A stretch of 64,000 nucleotides of DNA. It comes from Cyclobacteriaceae bacterium. Lineage in GTDB: Bacteria > Bacteroidota > Bacteroidia > Cytophagales > Cyclobacteriaceae. Below are positions 1-9,441 of this stretch, in pieces. The notes under the pieces were generated by a model, which saw only the letters and a program-made list of their open reading frames with translations, was not told the DNA's origin and searched no databases. Positions within the stretch are counted from its first letter, which is position 1, and each line of letters starts with the position of its first letter. The translations under genes and the position numbers were made by a program. Where the stretch lies: positions 518 to 64,517 of the forward strand of contig JBKHDR010000011.1 of NCBI GenBank assembly GCA_046541235.1, in the 5' to 3' direction.

Positions 1-918
1 GAGTTGGGAATCATCATTGCTGTTTTTCTCGGCTGGCAGTTTGTGGTAGGCGAATATGTAGGCGGCATCATGCTCATCCTGATCAGCTGGCTGCTCATCA
101 GCCTGATCAACCCCAAAAGCCTGATCAATCAGGTCAGGGAGCGGCTCTCGGGCGACAAAGACGAAAAAATGAGCCAGGATTCTTTTCTCAAAAAAGTGAA
201 AACCACCGAAAGTTGGGCCCGGATAGGCAAGCAGTATCTTATGGAATGGAAAATGGTGTGGAAAGACGTGACCATCGGCTTTACCATCGCCGGTATTGTG
301 TCGGCATTCGTGCCCGATGTTTTTTTCCGGACGCTCTTCATCAATAGCGGGCAGGGGCAGGAAAGCTACGGGTTCTTTACCCTGCTGGAGCACGTAGTGG
401 TAGGCCCGGTAGCCGCTTTTCTGACCTTTATCGGCTCCATGGGCAACATCCCGCTGGCGGCACTGCTCTTCAGCAAAGAGGTCAGCTTTGCCGGGGTGAT
501 GGCCTTTATCTTCAGCGACCTGGTGGTTTTCCCGGTGCTGCGCATCAACGCCCGCTACTACGGTTGGAAGATGTCGCTTTTTATTCTCTTCCTGCTCTTC
601 AGCTCACTTATAGGCACTGCCCTGCTGCTGCATTACGGCTTCCGGCTGTTTGACCTGCTGCCCGATCCTTCGGCGGTTAATATTGCCCAGCAGGATCATT
701 TTAAATTCAACTACACCTTTTTCCTCAATCTGGGCTTTCTTATCCTTTCGGGTATTGTGCTCTATATGGGCTTTGTCAAACGAAAGGATGTGATGCAGCC
801 TATGGAAATGGCACCCAAAAGTATGTTGCTGGAAAATACCCTGAAGTGGTTGGCTTACCTCTCCTACCTCTGGCTGGCCGGGGGGCTGATCGTCCACTTT
901 TTTGTGACAGGGGGATGA
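1..918 (+). CDS. Predicted permease (DUF318/ArsP-like), 5'-truncated by window edge
   Basis: Frame is open from base 1 (ELGIIIA...). Multiple TM segments; motifs FIGSMGNIPLAALL and FAGVMAFIFSDL are typical of the predicted permease family. Confidence 0.75.
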   Translation, partial: ELGIIIAVFLGWQFVVGEYVGGIMLILISWLLISLINPKSLINQVRERLSGDKDEKMSQDSFLKKVKTTESWARIGKQYLMEWKMVWKDVTIGFTIAGIVSAFVPDVFFRTLFINSGQGQESYGFFTLLEHVVVGPVAAFLTFIGSMGNIPLAALLFSKEVSFAGVMAFIFSDLVVFPVLRINARYYGWKMSLFILFLLFSSLIGTALLLHYGFRLFDLLPDPSAVNIAQQDHFKFNYTFFLNLGFLILSGIVLYMGFVKRKDVMQPMEMAPKSMLLENTLKWLAYLSYLWLAGGLIVHFFVTGG

Positions 919-1047
919 TGCGAAGTAAGAATCCTGCTTTTCCCTTACATAAATTAAGAATTAGGACTAATTTGCACATGCGCTGCCAGGATAGCCTGGT
1001 AACTAATCAACATTTTTCAAAATCTTTTTAGACTTAATACTGACGCT

Positions 1048-2571
1048 ATGAATAAGAAAGTGATCCTGATGATCCTGGACGGCTGGGGCTTCGCCGAAAA
1101 TCCGGAGGTTTCTGCCGTTGACAAAGCCAACACGCCTTTTGTAGATTCTTTGTACGAAAAATACGCTCATAGTAAGCTGTATGCTTCCGGCAAAGCCGTA
1201 GGTCTGCCTGAGGGGCAGATGGGCAATTCGGAAGTAGGCCATATGAACCTGGGCGCCGGCCGTATCGTCTACCAGATGCTGGAGCGGGTCAATCAGTCTG
1301 TTGAGAATGGCGACTTTTTTGAGAACGAGACGCTGCTGAAGACTTTTGACTACGTCAAAGAAAATGACAAACAGCTCCACCTGATGGGCCTCACCTCGGT
1401 AGGCGGGGTACATTCTCATATCAACCACCTCAAAGCCATCTGCCAGGCGGCAGCCGATGCAGGGCTGAAGAAGGTCTACATCCACGCCTTCACCGACGGC
1501 CGCGACACCGACCCCAAAGCTGGCAAAGGCAACATCAAAGAGATACAGGAATTTACGGCCGAAACCACCGGCAAAATCGCTTCGGTGACCGGCCGCTACT
1601 ACGGTATGGACCGCGACAAACGCTGGGAACGCACCAAACTGGCCTACGATGCCCTGGTAAAAGGGGTGGGCAAAAAAGTAGATGACCCGGTACAGGGCGT
1701 GCAGGAATCTTATGAGGATGATGTCACCGACGAATTTATCAAGCCCATGGTGGTGACCGAGGGTGGTGAGCCCGTGGCTACCATACAGGAAGGTGACGCG
1801 GTGATCAGCTTCAACTTCCGCACCGACCGGGCCCGGCAGATCACCCTCGCCTTGAGCCAGAAAGACTTCCCTGAGCAGGATATGCACAAGCTGGACCTGC
1901 GCTACGTAACCATGACTGAATACGACGAAACCTTTAAAAACGTGGATATCCTCTTTGGTAACGAACCCATCAATATGGTGATGGGCGAAGTACTGGCCAG
2001 GAATGGCAAAAAGCAAATCCGCATCGCCGAAACCGAGAAGTATCCGCATGTCACCTTCTTTTTTAATTGTGGCCGTGAGGAGGAATTTGAAGGCGAAGAG
2101 CGCATCATGTGCCCCTCACCCAAGGTAGCCACCTATGACAAGCAGCCGGAAATGAGTGCCTACGAGGTGCGCGACAGCATCATTGAGAAGCTTAAGGAAG
2201 GTAAGGTGGATTTTGTCTGTCTCAACTTTGCCAATCCCGACATGGTAGGACATACCGGCGTATTTGAAGCAGCGGTGAAGGCCTGTGAAACGGTAGACGA
2301 ATGCGCCAGGGCCGTAGCTGAAACCGCCCTGGAAAACGGTTATTCCCTGATCGTGATCGCCGACCACGGCAATGCCGACTGTATGAAGAACCCCGATGGT
2401 TCGCCACATACGCAGCATACCACTGTACCGGTGCCCTGCATCCTGATTGACCCTGATTATAAAGGCAAGCTCAAAGACGGCAAGCTGGGCGATATCTCCC
2501 CTACCATACTGGAGCTGATGGGTATAGAAAAGCCCAAGGAGATGAGCGGAGAGTCATTGCTGGTGAAGTAG
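1048..2571 (+). CDS. gpmI: 2,3-bisphosphoglycerate-independent phosphoglycerate mutase
   Basis: ILDGWG, GQMGNSEVGH (catalytic Ser), FTDGRDT, NFRTDRARQ, AETEKYPHVTFF, NFANPDMVGHTG, ADHGNAD. Confidence 0.97.
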   Translation: MNKKVILMILDGWGFAENPEVSAVDKANTPFVDSLYEKYAHSKLYASGKAVGLPEGQMGNSEVGHMNLGAGRIVYQMLERVNQSVENGDFFENETLLKTFDYVKENDKQLHLMGLTSVGGVHSHINHLKAICQAAADAGLKKVYIHAFTDGRDTDPKAGKGNIKEIQEFTAETTGKIASVTGRYYGMDRDKRWERTKLAYDALVKGVGKKVDDPVQGVQESYEDDVTDEFIKPMVVTEGGEPVATIQEGDAVISFNFRTDRARQITLALSQKDFPEQDMHKLDLRYVTMTEYDETFKNVDILFGNEPINMVMGEVLARNGKKQIRIAETEKYPHVTFFFNCGREEEFEGEERIMCPSPKVATYDKQPEMSAYEVRDSIIEKLKEGKVDFVCLNFANPDMVGHTGVFEAAVKACETVDECARAVAETALENGYSLIVIADHGNADCMKNPDGSPHTQHTTVPVPCILIDPDYKGKLKDGKLGDISPTILELMGIEKPKEMSGESLLVK

Positions 2572-2705
2572 ATGATGCTGGATGTGCTATGGCCTGCTTT
2601 AGAGGGGTGACTTTTATACCTTAAACAGGAGCGAAGAGGATTAAATAACAGGCTTTGGCATTCTTTGTTATAGAGCATATCTTTAGTGCAGCTAAAGAAG
2701 ATTTT

Positions 2706-2849
2706 ATGAACATATCCCTGACTCCCGATTTAGAAAAATATGTGCAGGCTAAAGTGAGATCCGGACCTTATCAGTCATCAAGTGAGGTAATTCGTGAAGC
2801 ATTACATGCGTCTGCCTATCCAGATTTTTATCAGGTGGATGAGAAGTAA
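2706..2849 (+). pseudogene. Truncated ParD-like ribbon-helix-helix antitoxin (47 aa), no intact toxin
   Basis: MNISLTPDLEKYVQAKVRSGPYQSSSEVIREAL matches the N-terminus of ParD/CC2985-type antidotes. The similarity ends after EAL and the ORF stops. Confidence 0.7.
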
Positions 2850-2999
2850 AGAAAATCATGAAGCAGTATTTCTGCCTAAAGCATCTGCCACTTATTGAAT
2901 TAGATTTCCTTATGTAAATTGGCTCCCATAAAAGGGCAAGGCTGTTTTTTGCTAAAAACCGGGTTCTCATTCGCTTTGCCTTCTTCATATAAGCCGTCT

Positions 3000-3917
3000 A
3001 TGGAAAATATCACCAACTTCTGGGATGAGATCAAGGATACCTTGCGGGAAACCCTGACTATTTTCACTACTGAATTTCCCATTGCGGGAGAAAGCATCAG
3101 CATCTGGTCTATAGTACAGTTTCTGTTCAGCATCATCCTGCTCTTTTACATCTCCGGCAAGCTGGACAAACTGCTAGTCAACAGGATACTGACCCGCTAC
3201 AAACTGGATATCGGCATCCGCAAGTCCATCGGTACCATCACCCGTTATGTTATCGTGGTGCTGGGGCTGTTTATCATCGTCAATACGGCTGGTATAGACC
3301 TGAGTGCCGTCACCGTGCTCTTTGGTGCCCTGGGTGTGGGTATTGGTTTTGGCCTGCAGAACATTTTTAACAACTTTATTTCAGGGCTCATTATTCTCTT
3401 TGAGCGCCCTATCAAAGTAGGCGACCGTATAGAGGTAGGCGATGTAAGCGGAGATGTGATGGATATTTCGGCGCGCTCTACCACCGTGATCACCAACGAC
3501 AATATCTCCATCATTATCCCCAACTCTGAATTTATCTCCTCCAAGGTGATCAACTGGAGCCACAACGACCGGCGTATCCGCTTCCGCTTTCCGGTAGGGG
3601 TATCATATAACGAAGATCCCGCCAAGGTCAAGAAAATACTGATGGAGGTGATGGAAGAACACGAAGGCGTACTTAAAACACCTGCACCCGATGTGTGGTT
3701 TGATGAATTTGGCGATAGCTCCCTTAATTTCAAGCTTATGGTCTGGACCACCCGCTATGTGCAGCGTCCCGACCTGCTGAAAAGCCAGCTGTACTATGCC
3801 ATATTTGCCAAATTTAAAGAACATGAGATTGAAATTCCCTTCCCACAGCGCGACCTGCATATCAAGAGCGGAGAATTACCCGTACATTTGAAAAAAGAAA
3901 ATGGAAAAGTTAACTAG
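3000..3917 (+). CDS. Small-conductance mechanosensitive channel (MscS family)
   Basis: GALGVGIGFGLQNIFNNFISGLIILFERPIKVGD, IIIPNS, FGDSSLNF, IPFPQRDLH. Start placed at ATG 3000. Confidence 0.93.
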   Translation: MENITNFWDEIKDTLRETLTIFTTEFPIAGESISIWSIVQFLFSIILLFYISGKLDKLLVNRILTRYKLDIGIRKSIGTITRYVIVVLGLFIIVNTAGIDLSAVTVLFGALGVGIGFGLQNIFNNFISGLIILFERPIKVGDRIEVGDVSGDVMDISARSTTVITNDNISIIIPNSEFISSKVINWSHNDRRIRFRFPVGVSYNEDPAKVKKILMEVMEEHEGVLKTPAPDVWFDEFGDSSLNFKLMVWTTRYVQRPDLLKSQLYYAIFAKFKEHEIEIPFPQRDLHIKSGELPVHLKKENGKVN

Positions 3918-3926
3918 GCCAACACT

Positions 3927-5819
3927 ATGAAACCTGAAAAGTATTTTGTTTTTGATTTTGACAGCACCTTCACCAAGGTAGAGGCGCTCGATGTGCTCTG
4001 CGAAATTTCTCTGAAAGGTAACCCTCAGAAGGATGAAATCCTCAGGCAGGTCAAGGATATCACCAACAGCTGTATGGAGGGTAAGATGTCGTTTCGGGAG
4101 TCGCTGGAAAGCCGACTGGCCCTGCTGGATGCCCACCGCGATCAGCTGGCTCCCCTGATTGCCCACCTCAAAGAGAATGTATCCGTCTCTTTTAAAAGGA
4201 ATAAGGAATTTTTCCGCACCTATGCCGATCGTATCTACATTATTTCCAACGGCTTCAAAGAATTTATCGTGCCCATCGTACTGGATTACGGTATCAGTGA
4301 AGAGCATGTGTTTGCCAATGAGTTTATTTTTGATGAGAAAGGTAAAATTGCCGGTTTCGACCGCCATAATGTGCTTTCTGAGGACGATGGCAAGGTACAG
4401 GTCATCAAAGAGCTGGATCTGCACGGCGATATTTACGTGATCGGTGATGGATACAATGATTACAAGATCAAAGCTGCCGGCCTGGCCAATAAATTCTATG
4501 CCTTTACCGAAAATATTGAAAGAGAAATTATACTACAGAAAGCCGATCATATCACTCCCTCTCTTGACGAATTTTTATACCTGAACAAAATGAACACTGC
4601 CATTTCCTACCCTAAAAACAGGATTAATATTCTTTTGCTGGAAAACATCCATCCTGATGCCGAAAAGAAGCTCCGTGAAGAAGGCTACAATGTGGAAGTA
4701 AGCGCTTCGGCCATGGATGAGGATGAGCTTGCCGAACGTATCAAAACAGTTTCTATCCTGGGCATACGCTCCAAAACCCAGGTGACTGCCAAAGTGCTGG
4801 AAAATGCTAACCGCCTCATTGCACTGGGTGCCTTCTGCATAGGTACCAACCAGATTGACCTGGAGGCCTGTCTCAAAAAAGGGATTGCCGTCTTCAATGC
4901 CCCTTACAGCAATACCCGCTCTGTGGTAGAAATGGCCATAGGAGAGATCATCATGCTGATGCGCGGCTTTCATGACAAAAGCATGGGTATGCACCAGGGC
5001 AAGTGGGTCAAGTCAGCTGCCAACAGCAATGAGGTAAGAGGCAAAAAGCTCGGCATTATCGGCTATGGCAACATAGGCGCCCAGCTTTCTGTACTGGCCG
5101 AAAATATGGGTATGGACGTGTACTACTATGACGTAATTGAAAAACTCGCCCTGGGTAATGCCACCAAATGCAGCAGCATGGATGAACTAATGGGTATTGC
5201 CGACATCATCAGCTTACACGTAGACGGCCGAGCGGAAAACGAGAAAATGATAAATGCTTCCGCTTTTGATAAGATGAAACAGGGTGTAGTCTTTCTTAAT
5301 CTTAGCCGGGGCTCGGTAGTAGATATCAAAGCACTGAAAGATAACATTATCAAAGGCAAGGTAAGAGGAGCTGCCATAGATGTCTTTCCCCAAGAGCCGA
5401 AAAGCAATCATGAGGAGTTTGTATCAGAACTCCGCAACCTGCCTAACGTTATTCTGACCCCGCACGTGGGCGGCAGTACGGAAGAAGCGCAGGAGAACAT
5501 TGCCGACTTTGTGCCCAATAAGCTGATAGAGTATGTCAATACCGGCAGCACCACCAACAGTGTCAACTTCCCCAACCTACAGCTGCCACTTCTCAAAAAT
5601 GCGCACAGGCTGATGCACATCCACCATAATGTACCCGGTGTGCTGGCCAAGATCAGCCAGGTGCTGGCCGAACATAATATCAATGTGGTGGGTCAGTACC
5701 TCAAAACCAATGAACACATCGGCTATGTGATCATTGACATTGACAAGGCCTATGACGATTCGGTAATCAAGGCTCTCAAAAGCATTGACAACACCATCAG
5801 GTTCAGAGTTCTTTATTAA
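3927..5819 (+). CDS. serA: D-3-phosphoglycerate dehydrogenase with N-terminal HAD (SerB-like) phosphatase and C-terminal ACT domain
   Basis: HAD motifs FDFDST and GDGYND; PGDH motifs GIRSKT, FCIGTNQ, GIIGYGNIG, TPHVGGST; ACT motif HHNVPGVL. Confidence 0.92.
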   Translation: MKPEKYFVFDFDSTFTKVEALDVLCEISLKGNPQKDEILRQVKDITNSCMEGKMSFRESLESRLALLDAHRDQLAPLIAHLKENVSVSFKRNKEFFRTYADRIYIISNGFKEFIVPIVLDYGISEEHVFANEFIFDEKGKIAGFDRHNVLSEDDGKVQVIKELDLHGDIYVIGDGYNDYKIKAAGLANKFYAFTENIEREIILQKADHITPSLDEFLYLNKMNTAISYPKNRINILLLENIHPDAEKKLREEGYNVEVSASAMDEDELAERIKTVSILGIRSKTQVTAKVLENANRLIALGAFCIGTNQIDLEACLKKGIAVFNAPYSNTRSVVEMAIGEIIMLMRGFHDKSMGMHQGKWVKSAANSNEVRGKKLGIIGYGNIGAQLSVLAENMGMDVYYYDVIEKLALGNATKCSSMDELMGIADIISLHVDGRAENEKMINASAFDKMKQGVVFLNLSRGSVVDIKALKDNIIKGKVRGAAIDVFPQEPKSNHEEFVSELRNLPNVILTPHVGGSTEEAQENIADFVPNKLIEYVNTGSTTNSVNFPNLQLPLLKNAHRLMHIHHNVPGVLAKISQVLAEHNINVVGQYLKTNEHIGYVIIDIDKAYDDSVIKALKSIDNTIRFRVLY

Positions 5820-5831
5820 TCATGCTGGTGG

Positions 5832-6416
5832 GTGTATAGAGGAAAGCGCTGCCTTGATCTTATGTTTGCCCTGCCCTTGCTTCTGCTCAGCAGCCCGCTT
5901 CTGCTGACAGTGGCAGGGGTGACTATGCTGCTCTCCGGCAGCTTTCCTTTTTTCAGGCAAAAGCGGCCAGGTTACCAGGAGCAGCTTTTCACTCTTTATA
6001 AGCTGCGCACCCTTTTTGACAGGAGGAAGCTTCTTTCTCCTATCTTACAGCCCTGGGGCAGGTTTTTGAGAACTTACTCCATTGATGAATTACCGCAGCT
6101 TTACAATGTCATCAGGGGAGAAATGTCGCTGGTGGGGCCCCGCCCCCTGCTGGAAGAATACCTGCCACTCTACAACGAAGCACAGCGCCTAAGGCATGCG
6201 GTAAAGCCGGGTATCACCGGCTGGGCGCAGATTCATGGCAGAAATGAGCTATCCTGGGCCGAAAGGTTCAGGCTGGACCTTTGGTATGTAAAAAATCAGT
6301 CACTGAGAACCGACCTGCGCATTCTGAGGCTGACGGTGCTTCAAATAATAAAGCCCTCAGGAGTGAGACCTGAAGGCTTAAAAGATCATGAAAAGTTTAA
6401 AGGCAATAAAGATTAA
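5832..6416 (+). CDS. Bacterial sugar transferase (polyprenyl-phosphate phosphoglycosyl transferase)
   Basis: KRCLDL, FFRQKRPG, SIDELPQLYNVIRGEMSLVGPRP, KPGITGWAQIHGRN. GTG start. Confidence 0.9.
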   Translation: MYRGKRCLDLMFALPLLLLSSPLLLTVAGVTMLLSGSFPFFRQKRPGYQEQLFTLYKLRTLFDRRKLLSPILQPWGRFLRTYSIDELPQLYNVIRGEMSLVGPRPLLEEYLPLYNEAQRLRHAVKPGITGWAQIHGRNELSWAERFRLDLWYVKNQSLRTDLRILRLTVLQIIKPSGVRPEGLKDHEKFKGNKD

Positions 6417-7312
6417 GGGTTCAGTTTGTTCATCGCTTTGATCAGCGTACTGTCACTGATAATTTCAAGGGGTACAACTTCCTTCTGCTCCTGCCTGAGT
6501 GAGTAATAATCACCTTCATACTGCAGGAAGAGCGTCTTTTGATCGCCCTGGTTGAGCGCAATGATTTTGTAGGGGATGCCCTGGAAATCTCCGTGGAGGT
6601 AGAGTTTATGATCAAAGAACTGGTAATGGAAAGGGAATTTACTGTCTACCACGGTCTCGATTTCTACATTGACATCTGCCACTTCAGACTTTTGCAGCAT
6701 GTTTTTATCAGGTGCTTCAAAGTCACTGTAATTCACCTCCTGCGTCTGATCGGGAAATTCGCTCATAATATCCGGTCTGACGATATGGGGCATTACCTCT
6801 ATGGATGCTACCTTGGTAGTAGGTCCGGCAGGTGCTGCTACGGAGCTGCCTGAGCTAAGGCTGCTTGCTTCTTCGGGAAGATCAGCTTCGGTGTTGTCAG
6901 CTACAGCTGGTTCGGGCAGAACGGGCATGAAGTCAGCTTCGCTTAAGCGGCTGTTTTCCGGAATATCCAGCCTGATATCCCACTGCTGCTGCGTGATAGG
7001 CTGATCCTGCTGCGTATTGTAAAAAAAATAAGCGGCACCCCCGCTCAGCATGACCGAAGCCACGATGGCAGAAAGTTGCATGCCAGATAGATTATACCAT
7101 CCACCTGAATTGACTGGTACCTGCTCAAGACGGTTTTTCAGGTGAGCTCTCCTTGCTTCACCCAGGGCCTGATGGATGTCCTGCTGCCATTTGACTTCGC
7201 TGCTCAGGAGGGGATCCTGGCTAATCTTTTGTTCAAAGGCCATTTTCTCCTCATCGGAAAGCCTCCCTTTGAGATAATTGTCAAACTGATCGGAATAGAT
7301 AAAGTCTTTCAT
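6413..7312 (-). CDS. Putative anti-sigma factor (N-terminal helical domain, single TM, extracytoplasmic region)
   Basis: Starts 4 nt downstream of the ECF sigma. N-terminus FDNYLKGRLSDEEKMAFEQKISQDPLL; hydrophobic segment LSAIVASVMLSGGAAYFFY. Confidence 0.6.
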   Translation of the reverse strand: MKDFIYSDQFDNYLKGRLSDEEKMAFEQKISQDPLLSSEVKWQQDIHQALGEARRAHLKNRLEQVPVNSGGWYNLSGMQLSAIVASVMLSGGAAYFFYNTQQDQPITQQQWDIRLDIPENSRLSEADFMPVLPEPAVADNTEADLPEEASSLSSGSSVAAPAGPTTKVASIEVMPHIVRPDIMSEFPDQTQEVNYSDFEAPDKNMLQKSEVADVNVEIETVVDSKFPFHYQFFDHKLYLHGDFQGIPYKIIALNQGDQKTLFLQYEGDYYSLRQEQKEVVPLEIISDSTLIKAMNKLNP

Positions 7313-7316
7313 AAGC

Positions 7317-7856
7317 CTAATCTAAAAAGTCGCTTTCTGAGTATTTCGTTTTGACCAGGTGATCCAGTCGTTTTTTGCACTTGTATTTTTTGGTCTTTAC
7401 AGTTTCGGTATTGGCCATACCCATTTTATCAGCTATATCCTGCATAGACATATCATCAAAATAGTAGTACATCAGTACTTTCTTGCAGGTATCGCCCAGT
7501 TGCTCTATGCACTCTCTGATAATGAGGCTTCTTTCCTTTTGCTCCTGGTCCAGGTAAGTTGTACCATCTTTTTCCTCATTTGAAAGACGATTTTTTCTTT
7601 CCAGTTCCTTCCTCCAGAGATTCAGGCATACACTGTAGAGGTAAGTGCTGATCTTGGAGGTGAGTACGAGCTGATGGCTCACCACTTTCTGCCAGAATAC
7701 GATCAGGGCATCCTGGTAGACATCCTTAGCCTCCTGCTCCGTACCATTATTTTTCATGATGAGGTTAGTCATCATTTTGTAGTACTTTCGGTACAGGTAG
7801 TCCAGGGCCTTTTCGTCTCCTCTACTGATCCTATCCAGAATTTCACTGTCTTTCAT
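7317..7856 (-). CDS. ECF (sigma-70 family) RNA polymerase sigma factor
   Basis: Region 2 AKDVYQDALIVFWQK and STYLYSVCLNLW; region 4 YYFDDMSMQDIADKMGMANTETVKTKKYKC. Confidence 0.9.
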   Translation of the reverse strand: MKDSEILDRISRGDEKALDYLYRKYYKMMTNLIMKNNGTEQEAKDVYQDALIVFWQKVVSHQLVLTSKISTYLYSVCLNLWRKELERKNRLSNEEKDGTTYLDQEQKERSLIIRECIEQLGDTCKKVLMYYYFDDMSMQDIADKMGMANTETVKTKKYKCKKRLDHLVKTKYSESDFLD

Positions 7857-8114
7857 TACAAAAGCCTTAATGGTTAATACGCCAAACAGCCATAAGGTAA
7901 CCCGTCATGTAATATAAGAATCTAATAATCGGGCAACAATGTTGATGCCTGAGCTGAAAAACCACCCTAAAAACAGGAGTTAAGCAGCAAAACGAAGGTA
8001 GAACTTCAGCACAAAAATAAATTTACTAAAATATACAGGAATAAATCATGTGCTTTAATCAGCAAGAATATAAACATTTTTATAAACGCTGATAAAACTG
8101 TTATTACCCACTTT

Positions 8115-8579
8115 TCACTTACAGGCATCCAGGTAGGCGGAGGCTTCTCTGACCGGGATAAACCCCTGGGCATTGCCCCATGAATTATAGACATAGGTGG
8201 CTATCTGGGCTACTTCTATGTCGGTGAGTTTTTCATTAGCAGGCATTTCCTGCTTATAGTGCTGCCCGTTGACGATGATTTCACCTTCCATGCCATTTCT
8301 GATGATACAGAGCGTACGTCCTACATCTTCCAGCATATAATCGGACTGCGCCAGGGGAGGAATCAGTCGGCCCAGGCCACTGCCGTCTTCCTGGTGGCAG
8401 TTGGCACATTGTTGCTTGTAAAGCCTTTCGCCGTGTACCATGTACTGCTCGTAATACATTTTATCCTGCATGCTGAGGTCAGCGGTGGCTTCATTCTGAA
8501 ACTGCCCACCGCCGCACCTGACAAATAAAAAGGAGAGAAAAAAGAGTAGAGCGCTGCCAATGATCAGGTGGAGGTTCAT
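8115..8579 (-). CDS. c-type cytochrome (monoheme, probably a lipoprotein)
   Basis: CANCH heme motif, IPPLAQSD, distal Met in YKQEMP; N-terminal hydrophobic segment ending in Cys. Confidence 0.88.
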   Translation of the reverse strand: MNLHLIIGSALLFFLSFLFVRCGGGQFQNEATADLSMQDKMYYEQYMVHGERLYKQQCANCHQEDGSGLGRLIPPLAQSDYMLEDVGRTLCIIRNGMEGEIIVNGQHYKQEMPANEKLTDIEVAQIATYVYNSWGNAQGFIPVREASAYLDACK

Positions 8580-9262
8580 AGAGCAGCGGCTTGCTTGGTT
8601 TGATATTCCTCGAGCAGGCGATTCATATCTTTAATCAGTTTATCTACCTGCGCGGGTTCAGTGCCGTCATACATGCCCCTGATCCTCCTATCCTTATCTA
8701 CCAGGATAAAGGCACCGCTATGTATAAACCCTCCCGGCTCTTCTTCATCTTCCATGGCAGTCACCATATAACTGCTGAGACCTATGTCATAAATAGCCTC
8801 TTTGTCACCGGTCACAAAATGCCAGGTGTCGCTGCTGACTCCCAGGCGTTCGGCATAATCATGCAGCAGTGCCACTGTATCATATTCAGGATCAATACTA
8901 TGAGAAAGGAGTGCTACTTCAGGATGGCCTTTAAATTCCTCGTATACTCTGAGCATCTGAGTCTTCATTACCGGGCAGATGGTAGGGCATGAAGTAAAAA
9001 AGAAGTCAGCCACATATATCTTTCCATCCAGGGTAGCAGGCGTAATCTGGCTGCTGTCCTGATTTACAAAACTGAAGTCACCCACTGTATGATAAATGGT
9101 ATCCACTACCGTCTGTCCGTTCACCGTCTTTTCCACATAATCGTGACGCCCCAGCATGGGCAGCCTGTCTGCTTCCACATCAGATGAAGCACCACCTGTA
9201 CAGGCAGGTAATAAAGGGAGCATCAGCAGAATAAAGAAAAAGGTAAGATTGCTTGTGTTCAT
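8576..9262 (-). CDS. SCO1/SenC family copper chaperone lipoprotein
   Basis: FFFTSCPTICP (CxxxC), SIDPEYDT, FIHSG, lipobox LPAC. Overlaps the cytochrome c gene by 4 nt. Confidence 0.93.
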   Translation of the reverse strand: MNTSNLTFFFILLMLPLLPACTGGASSDVEADRLPMLGRHDYVEKTVNGQTVVDTIYHTVGDFSFVNQDSSQITPATLDGKIYVADFFFTSCPTICPVMKTQMLRVYEEFKGHPEVALLSHSIDPEYDTVALLHDYAERLGVSSDTWHFVTGDKEAIYDIGLSSYMVTAMEDEEEPGGFIHSGAFILVDKDRRIRGMYDGTEPAQVDKLIKDMNRLLEEYQTKQAAAL

Positions 9263-9352
9263 ATTTGTATTGTTGATTTGAAGTCAACAAGTTAACAAAT
9301 ACAAACGGCAGTGAATTCCTATAGCCTGCATTTTATGGATTTCTGCAGGCAT

Positions 9353-9375
9353 AAAAAAAGGCGCTGTTAGCGCCC
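9353..9375 (-). terminator. Rho-independent terminator downstream of the sensor-less kinase
   Basis: Minus strand GGGCGC-taaca-GCGCCT followed by a T run. Confidence 0.65.
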
Positions 9376-9441
9376 TATAGAGTATGCCGGGAAACAGATA
9401 AATTGAAAACGTTATGGAATGACTACATTTCGTAAAACAGA

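Noticed and set aside
1003-2049. 348-aa minus-strand ORF, and similar long shadow ORFs (e.g. 36325-37140, 43058-43729, 44486-44980, 59912-60487)
   Set aside because: They lie antisense to well-conserved genes and have no motifs; this is expected from codon bias.
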